This document shows, piece by piece, positions 6,781 to 10,919 of a stretch of 10,919 nucleotides of DNA. The notes under the pieces were generated by a model. It had not been told where the DNA came from and did no database searches. It saw only the letters and a program-made list of their open reading frames with translations. Each line of letters begins with the position of its first letter. Within the stretch, counting starts at the first letter, position 1. The position numbers and the translations under genes are program-made. Origin of the DNA: an uncultured cyanobacterium (lineage in GTDB: Bacteria > Cyanobacteriota > Cyanobacteriia > PCC-6307 > Cyanobiaceae); contig CAVXWZ010000006.1 of NCBI GenBank assembly GCA_963765575.1, positions 1 to 10,919 on the forward strand, given 5' to 3'.

Positions 6781-6958
6781 CTGGCGGCCAGGGCCAGCCC
6801 CTGCCCCTGCAACACCTTCAGCAGGGCTCCGTTCAGGCGATTGAGATCGGCGATCGAGGCCACCAGAGCCCGCTCCACCAGCTGCCCGATCAGCTGGCCG
6901 CCTCTGCCAGCGCGCACCAGCTCCGAATCGTCGGCTGAACAGTGGGAGGGGAGCGCCA
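6781..6958 (-). pseudogene. ligA: collapsed partial duplicate of ligA (three segments)
   Basis: Hand alignment within the window: 6781-6819 vs 10060-10098 (33/39 identical), 6820-6909 vs 10381-10470 (74/90) and 6911-6960 vs 10571-10620 (38/50). The translation LPSHCSADDSELVR / [28 protein letters not shown] / KVLQGQGLALAA compares with Lig[15 protein letters not shown] / [28 protein letters not shown] / [12 protein letters not shown]. Confidence 0.9.
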
Positions 6959-7020
6959 CAGCCCTTGGTCACAGCGCCCTTGCCTAGCTTTCTGCACGTG
7001 ATGACCCGTGCGCAAGAGCC

Positions 7021-10919
<3,899 letters not shown>

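Overview
GC-rich DNA from a picocyanobacterium, probably Cyanobium/Synechococcus-like (inferred from gene content and three GGCGATCGCC HIP1-type palindromes). The left ~3 kb looks less GC-rich by eye and accessory. It holds the 3' end of a probable SAM-dependent methyltransferase, a small hypothetical gene, a degenerate PfkB-like protein lacking its catalytic signature, an Sll1863-like coiled-coil protein, an HdeD/DUF308 membrane protein and an internally deleted IS5 transposase remnant. Two frameshifted genes follow: an outer-membrane beta-barrel split at a G9 tract, and a large MscS channel. The right part has a TVP38/TMEM64 gene, a 53-aa conserved small protein, a Pma1-type P2A cation ATPase and the 3' part of ligA. 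The most notable hidden structure is at 6781-6958: a collapsed copy (~76-85% identical) of three separate ligA segments joined by two in-frame deletions. The ATPase is therefore bracketed by intact ligA and a ligA ghost, which suggests it integrated at ligA. I see no RNA genes, CRISPR arrays or clear new multi-gene system. All family assignments rest on motif recognition, not database searches.
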